Source: Azolla caroliniana
Lineage: Eukaryota; Plantae; Polypodiophyta
Reading direction: 5' to 3'
Assembly: GCA_043228905.1 (NCBI GenBank)
Contig: JBHGNT010000002.1
Span: 17,856,001 to 17,920,000 of the forward strand
DNA: 64,000 nucleotides
The position numbers and the translations under genes are program-made. Below, in pieces: positions 1 to 10,908 of this stretch (position 1 is the stretch's first letter; every line of letters begins with the position of its first letter). Under the pieces are notes generated by a model. It saw nothing but the letters and a program-made list of their open reading frames with translations. It did not search any database and was not told where the DNA came from.

Positions 1-2323
1 ACTCCTTCTGGGTGGCCCCATGCCCTATTGGTGCAGACCATAGCTTGGACTATACTTTGAGCTAAAATGCGACACCTCCAACGCCACCAACTCTAGTCAA
101 CCAAACCATCACACTATAATACATTTCACGCATGAGCTCTCTGACATCTACCCCTGACATGTTCAAGCCCATCTCTCCTCTTTTGATTCTTCCCTGCCTT
201 TAGAGAACCTCACTACAGAACTCACACACATCCTTGAACACTCAGCAGCAATTAGTAGCTTCCCATACACGAAACACTCCAATCACAGTAGAATAGGGTC
301 TATGCCACAGAACAAGTGGTATGATGAGGATTGTAGAGATTTGTATAGACAGCTTAAAGTGTCGCAACTTAGTGGTATTATTTCCTCAGTACAAGCTCGC
401 AAAGAGATGTGCAAGATGACACGTCGTAAAAGACGAGCTGGGGAAGCATCTCAATATTGGGAACTCTACCACATGCTCATGAGTAGGGATTGCGCTCTTG
501 CATGGAAGAGGCTATGGGAACCGAGGCCACAAACACCCATCGAGGATCCCAATATTTGGCACACATATACAGAGAGACTCTACCATGTCCTGAACCTACC
601 ACCCATTCCAATGCCTTCCACACCTCGACCTACCATAGGGACACTTTTCACGACCTCTAGGGTCACGAACGCCATAAAAAAATTACAACATAGGAAATCC
701 ATGGACCACACAGGATTGCGAGCCGAGCATATCATATATTTTCGAGAGTGCCTAGCCCCCTTTCTCACTCTAATTGTCAACCGCGCCCTCGCCGAGGGTT
801 TTCCATCACAATGGACCATGAACATAGTGGCCCCTATACATAAAGGAGGGGATCCAATGGACCCAAATACATATAGGACCCTTATGATAGGTCATACGCT
901 CGCTAAACTATATGGTGCAGTAATGGAAGCAGAGCTCAGTGATTATATGGAAACATTAAGTCTTCGAGCACCTAAGCAAGCTGGCTTTAGACGAGCCTTC
1001 TCCACTATTGACCATATTTTCACACTTATGTGCTTAATTGACCAGACGAAGGCTCATAAGAAGAAACTATATTGTTGCTTTGTGAACTTCTGCAAAGCCT
1101 TTGACACAGTTCCTAGGGAGAGGTTGTTTGATAGACTTAAAAGCTTGGAGATACCAAATGACATGATCTGGGCCATTTATGCTCTATATGAGCAAGGCTA
1201 TGAGTGCCTATCTGATTGCTTCACCAACATCATTGGTGTAAAACAGGGTTGCCCCCTATCACCGACTCTCTTTGGGATCTACATTGATGAGATCACTGAT
1301 TTTATTGCTCATAAGGGAGGCAATGGAGTAGCTATTGGGGGTACACAAGTTAGTATCTTACTCTACGTAGACGACATCGTCTTGCTCTCGGAGTCTGAAC
1401 ATGACCTAGAAAAGCATCTTAATGCCCTCGATGACTTTTGCACACAACGAGGACTGGTAGTGAATCTATCAAAAACTAAAGTCCTTATTTTTCATACATC
1501 GTCCTGGGTTAGGAGTAAATGTCACTTAATCCTCTCTCATAAACCAGTTGGGGTAGTTGGATCATATGTATAATTGGGAGTCACTTTTAGTGCTCATTCA
1601 GGTAAATTCTTGATGACCCATGCAGCCAAAGATAGGTTAACGAGAGGGTATGCATCCCTCTCACTCTTAGAGAGACAATGCCACCAGGCATACTTTCAAG
1701 AGCCATGGACTAAGGGATGGCTCTTCGACTCATTAGTGACCCCTTCCCTCATGTATGCATCAATAGTATGGGTTCCAGGTCTACCATCTTTCATGTGGAC
1801 GCAATTAGAGAGACCTTTGGTGATGATGTTATCACGCCAACTCCGAAGCAAATCGACAATACCACATGACATTATTAGAGCAGAGTTTAGTTTGCCCTGG
1901 ATGTCAGTAGAAGCACTTTTCCAAGTGGTAGTTTTTATTCATCAGATACATAACTAACCACAAGATAGGATCTCTCGTCGAGCCTTTGAGGCATCCCGAT
2001 CCCTATATGCGTCTGGAGACACTAGCTCTTGGTATAGCACTGTAGTGAGCTGGTTACTTGCAAATGGCATAGACATTACTAACCTACCTCCCCTTAAGTA
2101 CAACCATGGGACTAATCAAACTTTAATATCTCATGAAGACCATAATAAAGTAATACGCCAAGAAATATGGCAAATATACACCCGATATACCTGGAATCAC
2201 CCCACGAGAGCCACTCCCACCTAAAATGTTGTACTATAAGGAACACTTCTTGCACTTCTATCAATTAGGTTTTATTACATGACCAAGATATCTAGATACA
2301 TTCTTATCAAATGCATTAAAGGT
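1..2323 (+). mobile_element. Non-LTR retrotransposon (RTE/RTEX-like LINE), 5' part of degenerate ORF2: endonuclease tail plus reverse transcriptase; split by a Gypsy insertion
   Basis: ORF 302-1573 has RT motifs QAGFR..STIDHIF, KAFDTV, GVKQGCPLSPTLF, LLYVDD. A frameshifted SDHLPL-like endonuclease end lies near 140-157. In-frame stops at 1571 and 1955. The element resumes at 8151. Confidence 0.9.
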
Positions 2324-2785
2324 TGTCATGATATGACAAGACTTGAACCCATGACCTTAGGTTATATGGGTCGAGCTCTTGACTATTATATCATCTATTG
2401 TAATACGTAGGATATTATTTTCATTTACATTTTGTTATAGGAAATCAATGTATATTCCAGATTTCTCTGGAACATTCTAGAAGCTTCAGGATTACTCCTG
2501 AGAACACTATAAAAGAGGGCACTAGGCATTATGTTGAACCAAATTGGTTCAACGCCAGTCTTTAGCCTCATAGCCCTTTTGTACTTACTCTTCTTATAAT
2601 ATATAATCTGTTATCATCATCTCTCGTCCTCACTATCTCTCTCTCTCTCTCTCCTCTGCTCTCTTCCTCTCTCGGGAGTCTTACGCAGTCCCGTCCCCTT
2701 AGTTCTAATAGTACTTCCCTTCTCTAGTACTAATACTCTCCCTGTTTAGTACTAATCCTATCTCTGTTTAGTACTATTCCTAACA
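2324..2785 (+). repeat. 5' LTR of G1
   Basis: Direct repeat of 7680-8150 with about a dozen substitutions plus small indels. TATAAAA at 2508, (CT)n tract, repeated AGTACT motifs in U5. Confidence 0.96.
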
Positions 2786-2787
2786 GT

Positions 2788-2800
2788 TTGAACCAATTTG
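2788..2800 (+). promoter_or_regulatory. Self-priming-type PBS (complementary to the LTR R start, not to a tRNA)
   Basis: TTGAACCAATTTG is the exact reverse complement of CAAATTGGTTCAA at 2540-2552, 32 nt after the TATA start. No TGG tRNA-type PBS is present. Confidence 0.8.
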
Positions 2801-2856
2801 CCCTTCTGTCTCTCTCCCTTCATACTAATCACTTATTTCTCTTTTCTTTTCATCCC

Positions 2857-3990
2857 ATGGCCACAGTTAGCGCTCAGGAATATCAATCTGTTTTCTCAGA
2901 GTTTCAATGCCTAAAAGAGAAGTTCCTTGCTTTGGAACAAGAAAATCAACGGTTGTTGGGGGATCTTCAACAAATCTCCTTAGAAAAGCAGCAAACGCAA
3001 CAACAACATGGGGAACTTGCATTACGCGTGCAACAACTCGAAGCAACCATCGTAGCGATGCAACAACAAGGCCCCGGAACACAAGGGATTCACAAGGAAC
3101 CCAAGATTGGCCTTCCCACGAAGTTCGATGGAACACGATCGCAGTTTAGAGGGTTCCTTAATCAAGTACGATTAGTTATTCAAATGCATCCTTAATCACG
3201 AGTGGGTTTAGTAGGGACGCTGTTAAGTGGCTCAGCGTTGGCATGGTTCGCTCCACTGTTGGAAAAAGAGTCTCCATTACTCAACAACTTTGAAGAGTTT
3301 ATAGGTGAGTTTAAAGCATGCTTTGGGGATACTGACAGCATAAGGACCACAATCAACAAAATCCGGCGATTACGCCAAGGAGACCGTCCAGCCTCTGCAT
3401 ATGATGCAGATTTCCGTCTACTTGCCGCTGACATCCCTTGGGATGATCAAGCGCTGATGGAGCAATTTCGTTATGGTTTACACAACGATGTCAAGGATTT
3501 ACTCTTGACTTTCCCTGAAGAGCCAAAGTCCTTAACAGAAGCAATCAGTCGCGCGGTAAGATGTGATAAGCGCCTCTTTGAGCGACGTTCGGAACAACAG
3601 CTACAGATGTCGAGGGCAAGATCAGAGCCCACCTACGCCTCAATGGTAGCAAAACCTTTACCCAGGGAGTACTATAATGCGCCTCCAGGGAATACTCCGA
3701 CTCCGATGGAGATTGACACTACATGTCATCGAGGACCATTATCCGAAGAAGAAAAGCAGCGACGCAGAACAAATCGACTATGTCTCTACTGCGGTGGACC
3801 AGGACACATTGCAATCAATTGTCCCCATAGGCCAAGAAGACAGGTAAACCAAATAGTTGCTAGTTCTAATTGTACTAAACCCGAGCCTATTACAGTAGGG
3901 ATATCTGATAGTACTAATAGTACTAATAGCCTAGATCTAGCGAACAAATTTGATGTCCTTAGTCAATTAGAAGAAGAGCTAAACGACTAA
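2857..3990 (+). pseudogene. gag: G1 gag: coiled-coil N-terminus, retrotransposon gag domain, CCHC knuckle; one internal stop
   Basis: ATG at 2857, KFDG motif, PTPMEID, CLYCGGPGHIAINC. Premature TAA at 3193-3195. Confidence 0.9.
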
Positions 3991-6900
3991 GTCCAGCCAA
4001 AATAGGAGCCGTTTGGTTGGACAGTCCTAGATCTGTGCAACCCATTAGTGGTTCCATTCCCTCTAAGCAAGTTAGCAATGTGTTCGTAGCCCAAGTAACA
4101 GTTAGTACTAAAAGTACCCCTCCAGTACACGTCTTAGCACTTCTAGACTCCGGAACTAATTCTTGCTTTATGGATTGGAATTTTTCCCAAGCTCATCAGA
4201 TATCTCTTAGAAAACTTCCGTGTCCAGCCTCTGTAGTCGTCATTGATGGTCGTCCCATTGCTTCCGGAAATATCATAGAAGAGTCAGAACCCGTTAATAT
4301 TGTCCTAGATAACTTAGCATGTGTAGTATCATTTAACATTATTAGTATCCCAGAACATCCCATCGTTTTGGGATTACCATGGTTCGAGTTACATAACCCA
4401 GACATAGATTGGAGAACAAGAGAAATCCAGTGTCGACAAACCCGAGGATCTATTCAAAAGATTGCCACCATTTCACTACATCAATTGCGGGAAGAAGGAC
4501 GCAAGGAAGAAATGTTTCTCTTCGCAATATCACTAAAACCCTCCGACACCATTAAAGAGGAGTCCACCGTTCAGCTTCCAAAGAAGTATCATCATTATGC
4601 CGATGTATTCGATAAAGTACGAGCCAATACACTTCCTCACCATCGACCATATGATTGCCCCATCGATTTACAACTGGGGAAAGAGCCACCATGGGGACCG
4701 ATCTACAATTTGTCACCAACCGAGCTAGAAGTCCTTCGAGCCTATATAGAGGAGAACTTGGAGAATGGATTCATTAGACATTCGAAATCTCCAGCCGGCG
4801 CACCCATTTTCTTCGTCAAGAAAAAGGATGGCTCACTTCGTCTGGTGGTAGACTACCGTGGCTTGAATAAAGTTATATAGAGGAGAACTTGGAGAATGGA
4901 TTCATTAGACATTCGAAATCTCCAACCGGCGCACCCATTTTCTTCGTTAAGAAAAAGGATGGCTCACTTCGTCTGGTGGTAGACTATCGTGGCTTGAATA
5001 AAGTTACAATCCGCAATAGGTATGCACTTCCCCTTATCTCAAGTCTTTTAGAACGAATCAATGGTGCCAGGTTCTTCACAGAGATCAACTTACGGGGGAT
5101 CCAACCAGGAGATGAATGGAAGACCGCATTCCGCACTAGATATGGGCACTTCGAGTATACGGTCATGCCGTTTGGCCTCACTAATGCGCCAGCCATCTTC
5201 CAGCACATGGCAAATGATATATTCCGAGATCTCTTGGATGTGTGTCTGATCATCTACTTGGATGATCTACTGGTTTATTCAAAGACCGAAGAAGAGCATG
5301 ATTCTCATGTACTATTAGTACTAAAACGACTTCGAGAACATGGTCTTTACGCAAAGCTAGAAAAATGTAGTTTTGGGTGCAACCAGGTGGAATTTCTCGG
5401 CTACGTCATTTCCTCAGAAGGCATCTCCATGGACCCAGCTAAGGTCAAGACGGTGGTAGAATGGTAGGCTCCGCGCTCGGTGCGGGATGTGCAATGCTTT
5501 TTAGGGTTTGCCAATTTTTACCGAAAGTTTATACAAGATTACTCAAAGCTCGTTCTGCCTCTCACACAGCTTACCAGGAAGGGACAATCGTTTGTTTGGT
5601 CTGAAGAAGCAGATATGGCTTTCGAGAGTCTTAAAAAGGCATTTACATCGGCTCCAATTCTAGCTCATGTCGATCCAGAACTACCATTCATTATCGAAGC
5701 TGACACATCGGATTTCGCATTGGGGAGCATTCTATCACAACGGGGTCATGATGAGAAGCTACATCTTGTGGCTTTTCACTCACGCAAGTTTGACGCCGCC
5801 GAAATCAATTACGAAATTCATGATAAGGAGCTATTGGCAATAGTGGACTCGTTTATGCAATGGAGGCATTTTTTAGAGGGGTCCTCTCATCAAGTCACCG
5901 TATTCAGTGATCATAAAAACCTTGCCTACTTTCAGGATGCTCGAGTGTTAAATCGACGTCAAGCTCGATGGGCCCACTTCCTCACGCGTTTCGACTTCAA
6001 AATTACATATCGTCCGGGGAAGCACCAAGGGAAGGCAGATGCATTATCACGGCGTTCGTATCTAACACCGCGTCCCAGTGAGCCGGCTTTTGATAACCAA
6101 AAGCAAGTAATCTTGGGACCGGCACGACTACAAGCAACACAAGTTTTTGGCATGCCCATGGATTCCCACGTTATCAATATCATACGTGCGGACCTGAAGA
6201 CAGATGCTTTCACCCAAGCTATACTAGCACAGATTGATCCCTCTCAAGCATCGTGTTCACAGTCACAACCACCACGTACGGACTATCGGCAATTCAAATA
6301 CCATGATGGATTACTCTTCTTTAAAGAACTTTTGTATGTTCCTAATGGTTCTTGCCGCCTTCGAGTAGTACAAAACTGTCATGACACATATACAGCTGGG
6401 CATTTTGGTAGTACTAAAACATTAGATTTAGTACAACGATCATTCTAGTGGCCCCGTATGCGACAATTTGTTGAAGAGTTTGTTCGGACTTGTGATACAT
6501 GCTGCAGAGCGAAAATGCCGAGGCATCATCCCTATGGTTTATTAGAACCATTACCAATTCCAAGCAAGCCATGGCAATCCATTGCTCTCGACTTCATCAC
6601 AGATCTTCCAGTCTCTAAGGGGCTGAATGTGATTCTAACAGTGGTAGATCGATATACGAAGATGGCTCATTTTTTGCCATGTACTAAGGAAATCTCAAGT
6701 GAAGACACCGCCGAAATTGTCATGCGTGAAGTATGTCGGCATCATGGACTCCCCGATAGTATCGTCAACGATCGTGGACCCCAGTTTGTGTCAAAATTCT
6801 GGAAGCACCTTTTTAAAATGCTCAAGGTCACTTGTAACCTCTCCTCCGGCTACCACCCACAAACCGACAGCCAAGCCGAACGAACAAATCAAACGCTAGA

Positions 6901-7687
6901 GCAGTATTTGCGGTGCTTTCTCAGCTATCATCAGGATAACTGGGTAGATATTCTCCACTTCGCCGAATTTGCCTATAATAACTCTATCCACTCATCGACT
7001 AAAGTTTTGCCATTTTATGCTTATACGGGATGTCACCCTCGGTGGAGTGTACTTGAAACCCCAGAGGTGTCCATAAATCCTTGCGCGGAGGATCGTTTGG
7101 AGCAGTTACGCAAGATACAAGCAGATTTATGTACTCATCTCCAGCAAGCTCAACAAACACACAAGGTCTACGCGGATCGTCATCGACTTCCATCTAGTTT
7201 TAACATTGGAGATCGGGTGTGGCTGCTACGACGACACATTAAGACTACTCGCCCATGTGAAAAGTTGGATTATCGGCAATTAGGTCCTTTCCGTATTATC
7301 GGGAAGATTAATGATGTCGCTTTTCGTCTCGATCTACCTCCTCAACTTCAGATACATCCGGTGTTTCATAGTTCACTCCTTGAACCCTATCACGAAAGCA
7401 CCATCCCAGGGCGTATTATACAACCTCCACCCCCGATTGAGCTTGAAGATGGACCGGAGTACGAGGTTGCCGCCATCCTTGATTCCAAGATTGTTCGCAA
7501 CAAGCTCTACTATCTAGTCGATTGGCTAGGCTATAGTCCCAGCGAACGTACTTGGGAACCGATCGAGAATGTGACCAATGCTCGTGCGCTTCTTGAAGAC
7601 TTCCATCGGCAATATCCACACAAACCGGGTCCTCCATCCAAAACAACTCGTGACACTCGTCGTTTTAAAGGGGGGATAGTGTCATGA
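3981..7687 (+). pseudogene. pol: G1 pol (protease, RT, RNase H, integrase, chromodomain) in the -1 frame relative to gag; disrupted
   Basis: LLDSG protease; YLDD RT; DTSDFALG and EIHDKELLAI RNase H; HH-CC and DDE integrase; GPF motif; chromodomain EYEVAAILDS..YLVDWLGY..TWEP. Several stops and a 131-bp duplication. Confidence 0.93.
4743..5005 (+). repeat. 131-bp tandem duplication inside RT causing a frameshift
   Basis: TATATAGAGGAGAACTTGG...AATAAAGT starts at 4743 and again at 4874; the copies differ by 3 transitions. Confidence 0.95.
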
Positions 7688-7983
7688 TATGGCAAGACTC
7701 GAACCCATGACCTTAGGTTATATGGGTCGAGCTCTTGACCATTATATCATCTATTGTAATACGTTGGATATTATTTTCATTTACATTTTGTTAAATCAAT
7801 GTATATTCCAAATTTCTCTGGAACATTCTAGAAGCTTCAAGATTACTCCTGAGAACACTATAAAAGAGGGCACTAGGCATTATGTTGAACCAAATTGGTT
7901 CAACGCCAGTCTTTAGCCTCATAGCCCTTTTGTACTTACTCTTCTTATAATATATAATCTGTTATCATCATCTCTCGTCCTCG

Positions 7984-8023
<40 letters not shown>

Positions 8024-8150
8024 TTCTCTTCCTCTCTCAGGAGTCTTACGCAATCCCGTCCCCTTAGTTCTAATAGTACTTCCCTTCTCTAGTACTAATA
8101 CTCTCTCTGTTTAGTACTAATCCTATCTCTGTTTAGTACTATTCCTGACA
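7680..8150 (+). repeat. 3' LTR of G1
   Basis: TGTCATG...CCTGACA, follows the PPT and is followed by TSD AAGGT. Confidence 0.96.
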
Positions 8151-8966
8151 AAGGTGTCCATTGGACAACTTAGGATATCATCTCACCAACTTGAGATTGA
8201 GAATGGTCCGGCTAATAGAGTCCCTAGAGAGGAAAGGCTATGTAGATTATGTCACATAGAGATAGAGAATGTGTATCACTTTACATGCAAGTGTCCAACC
8301 TATGCCAAGATAAGGGTGGAATACCAAGCCATATTAGGACCCTCTCCCACCCTCTCCAAACTATTAGATACCCGGGATATTAAGAGACTAGGTAGGTATA
8401 TCTTAGAGCTAAAACAACATAGGGAGAATAAGCTACAAAGTGTTAACCATAACCCTTTTAATATTCATCAACATGTAAGTAGTGTAACTTTTCAGGAACA
8501 AGGGGAGACAATGAATGTGGATACACTTACGCCACTCAGCCTCTCTCTTGAGGAAGCAGAAATGCAAAGAACAACCAAAAGCCCTCGGATGTTGGGCTTC
8601 AAAACAACTGGACGTGGAGTAGAAACGATTAAGAAGATAAGGGAACGTGAGCTACGCCGACTAGAAGCTATGGTGGGGGTACCTTCTACATTGGGACCAC
8701 AAGGGGCCACATCCACATTGAAACCCTTTGACCTCCCACTTCTTTTTGAGAGACTTGGATGGAAACGAAACTAGGCCTAGTATAAAGCCATTTCATTGTA
8801 GAACATGTTTGTTATTTTACTAGAACTATTTAGCTTAAACTCTCTTTTTTCATTTTTACTTTCGATGAATGGGTAAATATCCCATTTTGTTGTAAACCAA
8901 TTGTCTCATGGGCCAATTTTGTCCTTAGAAGACGTTAATATAACTTTCTTTCTTTCTCTCTCTCTC
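8151..8966 (+). mobile_element. 3' part of the RTE/RTEX-like LINE: C-terminal CCHC zinc finger, 3' UTR and (TC)n tail
   Basis: LRISSHQLEIE...RLCRLC..E..HFTCKCPTY. Ends in GAAGACGTTAATATAA followed by (TTTC)/(TC)n. Confidence 0.88.
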
Positions 8967-8973
8967 TTTTTTT

Positions 8974-9167
8974 TTACCCTAGTGGTAAGCTGTTAGCACT
9001 ACAAGCACTGCGTTCTGGGTTCGAAACCCAAGTTCCTCACCTCTCTATTATATACTTCTTATATATCTCTTAATTCACTAGATGCCACTGTGGAATGTAG
9101 GGGTTGAACCCATGACCACCTGGTCTCCATTGGGCAACCTTACCAACTAAGCTACATCCATCTGGGC
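8974..9167. mobile_element. Short tRNA-derived interspersed element with two convergent Pol III-like heads (copy 1)
   Basis: Inverted copy at 17905-18140. Plus strand: TAGTGGTAAG..GGTTCGAAACC. Minus strand: TAGCTTAGTTGG..GGTTCAACCCC. Flanked by (CT)n on both sides. Confidence 0.75.
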
Positions 9168-10064
9168 CCTTTCTCTCTCTCTCTCTCTCAACACACACAA
9201 TTCTTCCGTCTGCACAGAATCCATCCGATTCTTTACAATTAGTACTACCATAAAATTAACCATACGTTTACCATATGCATTTGCATTCGAGTATGTTTCA
9301 ATCAAACGTGTATGGTAAATCATCTCAAAGTTGGATTGGATTTATAAAGTGGAAAAAAAATAAAGATTGGAATTTCAAAAAGTGACTATGTTCTATATTA
9401 TAGATTGATTGAAACACATGTCATCACAATTGAAACACAAACACACATACATCACAATTGGAACATTAGAAAGCACGAACATAAAAGTCAAATAGTTTAA
9501 AGACATAAATTGTATTGATGATGAGCTTGTCTTGCAATTATCAATGTTCTGATCTCTCAATTATCATCTTCTTCTTGGACACTCTTGGCACATGAAAAAT
9601 ATTCATGATTGTGGCCTCTTCCTCCCTAGCGACAATTTTTTTTTTAAACCTACAATAAATTTAGGGTTTGAAGCAGCGATGGCTTCCCAGCTCAATCTCG
9701 TCACCTTATCTTCCCTTTCGAGTTTGCATGTTAGAGCTAGCTACTAATGTAAGCATATGATAAGGATAATATAGATAAATAGATAAGAGAGGAGAGAGAG
9801 AAAAAAGGGTGTGGATCCACCCGACCACCCCCGAGTGAAGGGATCGAGATAGACTCGAGCCAGGATTAGCGTCCCATACCACCGATGTAGCGTCGAGTCA
9901 TACTTGTTACTAGCGCCAGGCAAGTTCACACTTGGCCTTAATGGGTTGTCTCAATCCCAATGATTAAAAACAATCCTTCCCTTCTTTACACTCTCGTTTA
10001 ACCCTCACACTTTATCCATATGTCTAAAATACTACGGTACAATCTTACCACGGGATATTATATG

Positions 10065-10268
10065 CTCATGCCCGTAACATCACAGCCATGGTTTCTTGCC
10101 GCAGTACCTCCTACTACCAAATTGCATAGGCGAAAATATAGGTACAAGCCGATTTACAAAGCTCAGACAATCACAGCCTCACAGTCCCTGCCCTCCACAG
10201 GTGGCTTCACCTCACATGATTGCGTTGATGTCCTCTCAAAAGCTCTTCCTTTCATTCAAAGATTCCAA
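10065..10268 (+). pseudogene. Isolated 5' fragment of a plastid N-acetylglutamate kinase (NAGK/argB)-like gene
   Basis: A transit-peptide-like stretch is followed by DCVDVLSKALPFIQRFQ, resembling the NAGK N-terminal helix (RVEILSESLPFIQKFRGK). The following KYGG motif is absent. Confidence 0.6.
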
Positions 10269-10444
10269 AAAAGAAGGGGAAAAAAAGGAACACGTACTTT
10301 TCCCCTTTCAAACGTGCTCATTTTCAAACGTTTGGATGCTTGCACAAACACGTTTATTATGTTCTATGAGTACTACCATCTTTTTTTTTTATCTAGATTC
10401 ACATTAAATGGATTCTAGGTTGGTTATTGAGTTTGATCGGAGTT

Positions 10445-10908
10445 ACTAGTATTTGCAACCAACAATGTTGGGATTCTATCTTTGCTACAAACTCGATACT
10501 TAGATACTTAAAGCTTGTGCACAAATTGTACATGTTTGCCCTTATATGTAAGTGCAAGGTATTAATTAAGCTGGATGATTAGCACTACCATCAATAACTA
10601 GTATTTGCGACCAACAATGTTGGGATTCTATCTTTGCGTCAAACTCAATAAGGATAGTAAAGATCTATATGAATAACTAGTATCTTTGTGACCAACAATG
10701 TTGGGATTCTATCTTTGCTACAAACTCAATACTTAGATACTTAAAGCTTGTGCACAAATTGTACATGTTTGCCCTTATATGTAAGTGCAAGGTATTAATT
10801 AAGCTGGATGATTAGCACTACCATCAATAACTAGTATTTGCGACCAACAATGTTGGGATTCTATCTTTGCTTCAAACTCAATAAGGATAGTAAAGATCTA
10901 TATGAATA
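10445..10908. repeat. Higher-order tandem repeat: 2 x ~232 bp, each with two copies of a ~50-bp core
   Basis: Core ACTAGTAT..CCAACAATGTTGGGATTCTATCTTTGC..CAAACTC at 10445, 10597, 10676 and 10830. Confidence 0.9.

Larger units (their letters stand above)
2324..8150 (+). mobile_element. Full-length Ty3/Gypsy chromovirus (Tcn1-like), mutated; element G1
   Basis: TG..CA LTRs at 2324-2785 and 7680-8150, perfect 5-bp TSD AAGGT (2319-2323 / 8151-8155), PPT AAGGGGGGATAG before the 3' LTR, domain order gag-PR-RT-RH-IN-chromodomain. Confidence 0.97.

Noticed and set aside
3991-4030. H-type pseudoknot downstream of the slippery site
   Set aside because: The second stem (TAGGA/TCCTA) would need a 2-nt loop to span 11 bp and is poorly conserved in G2; a simple hairpin fits better.
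9748-10009. Possible short solo LTR (TGTAAG..CTCACA)
   Set aside because: No matching TSD and no second copy in the window.
10445-10908. CRISPR-like repeat-spacer array
   Set aside because: The spacers are themselves duplicated and unequal in length, there are no cas genes, and the context is eukaryotic.
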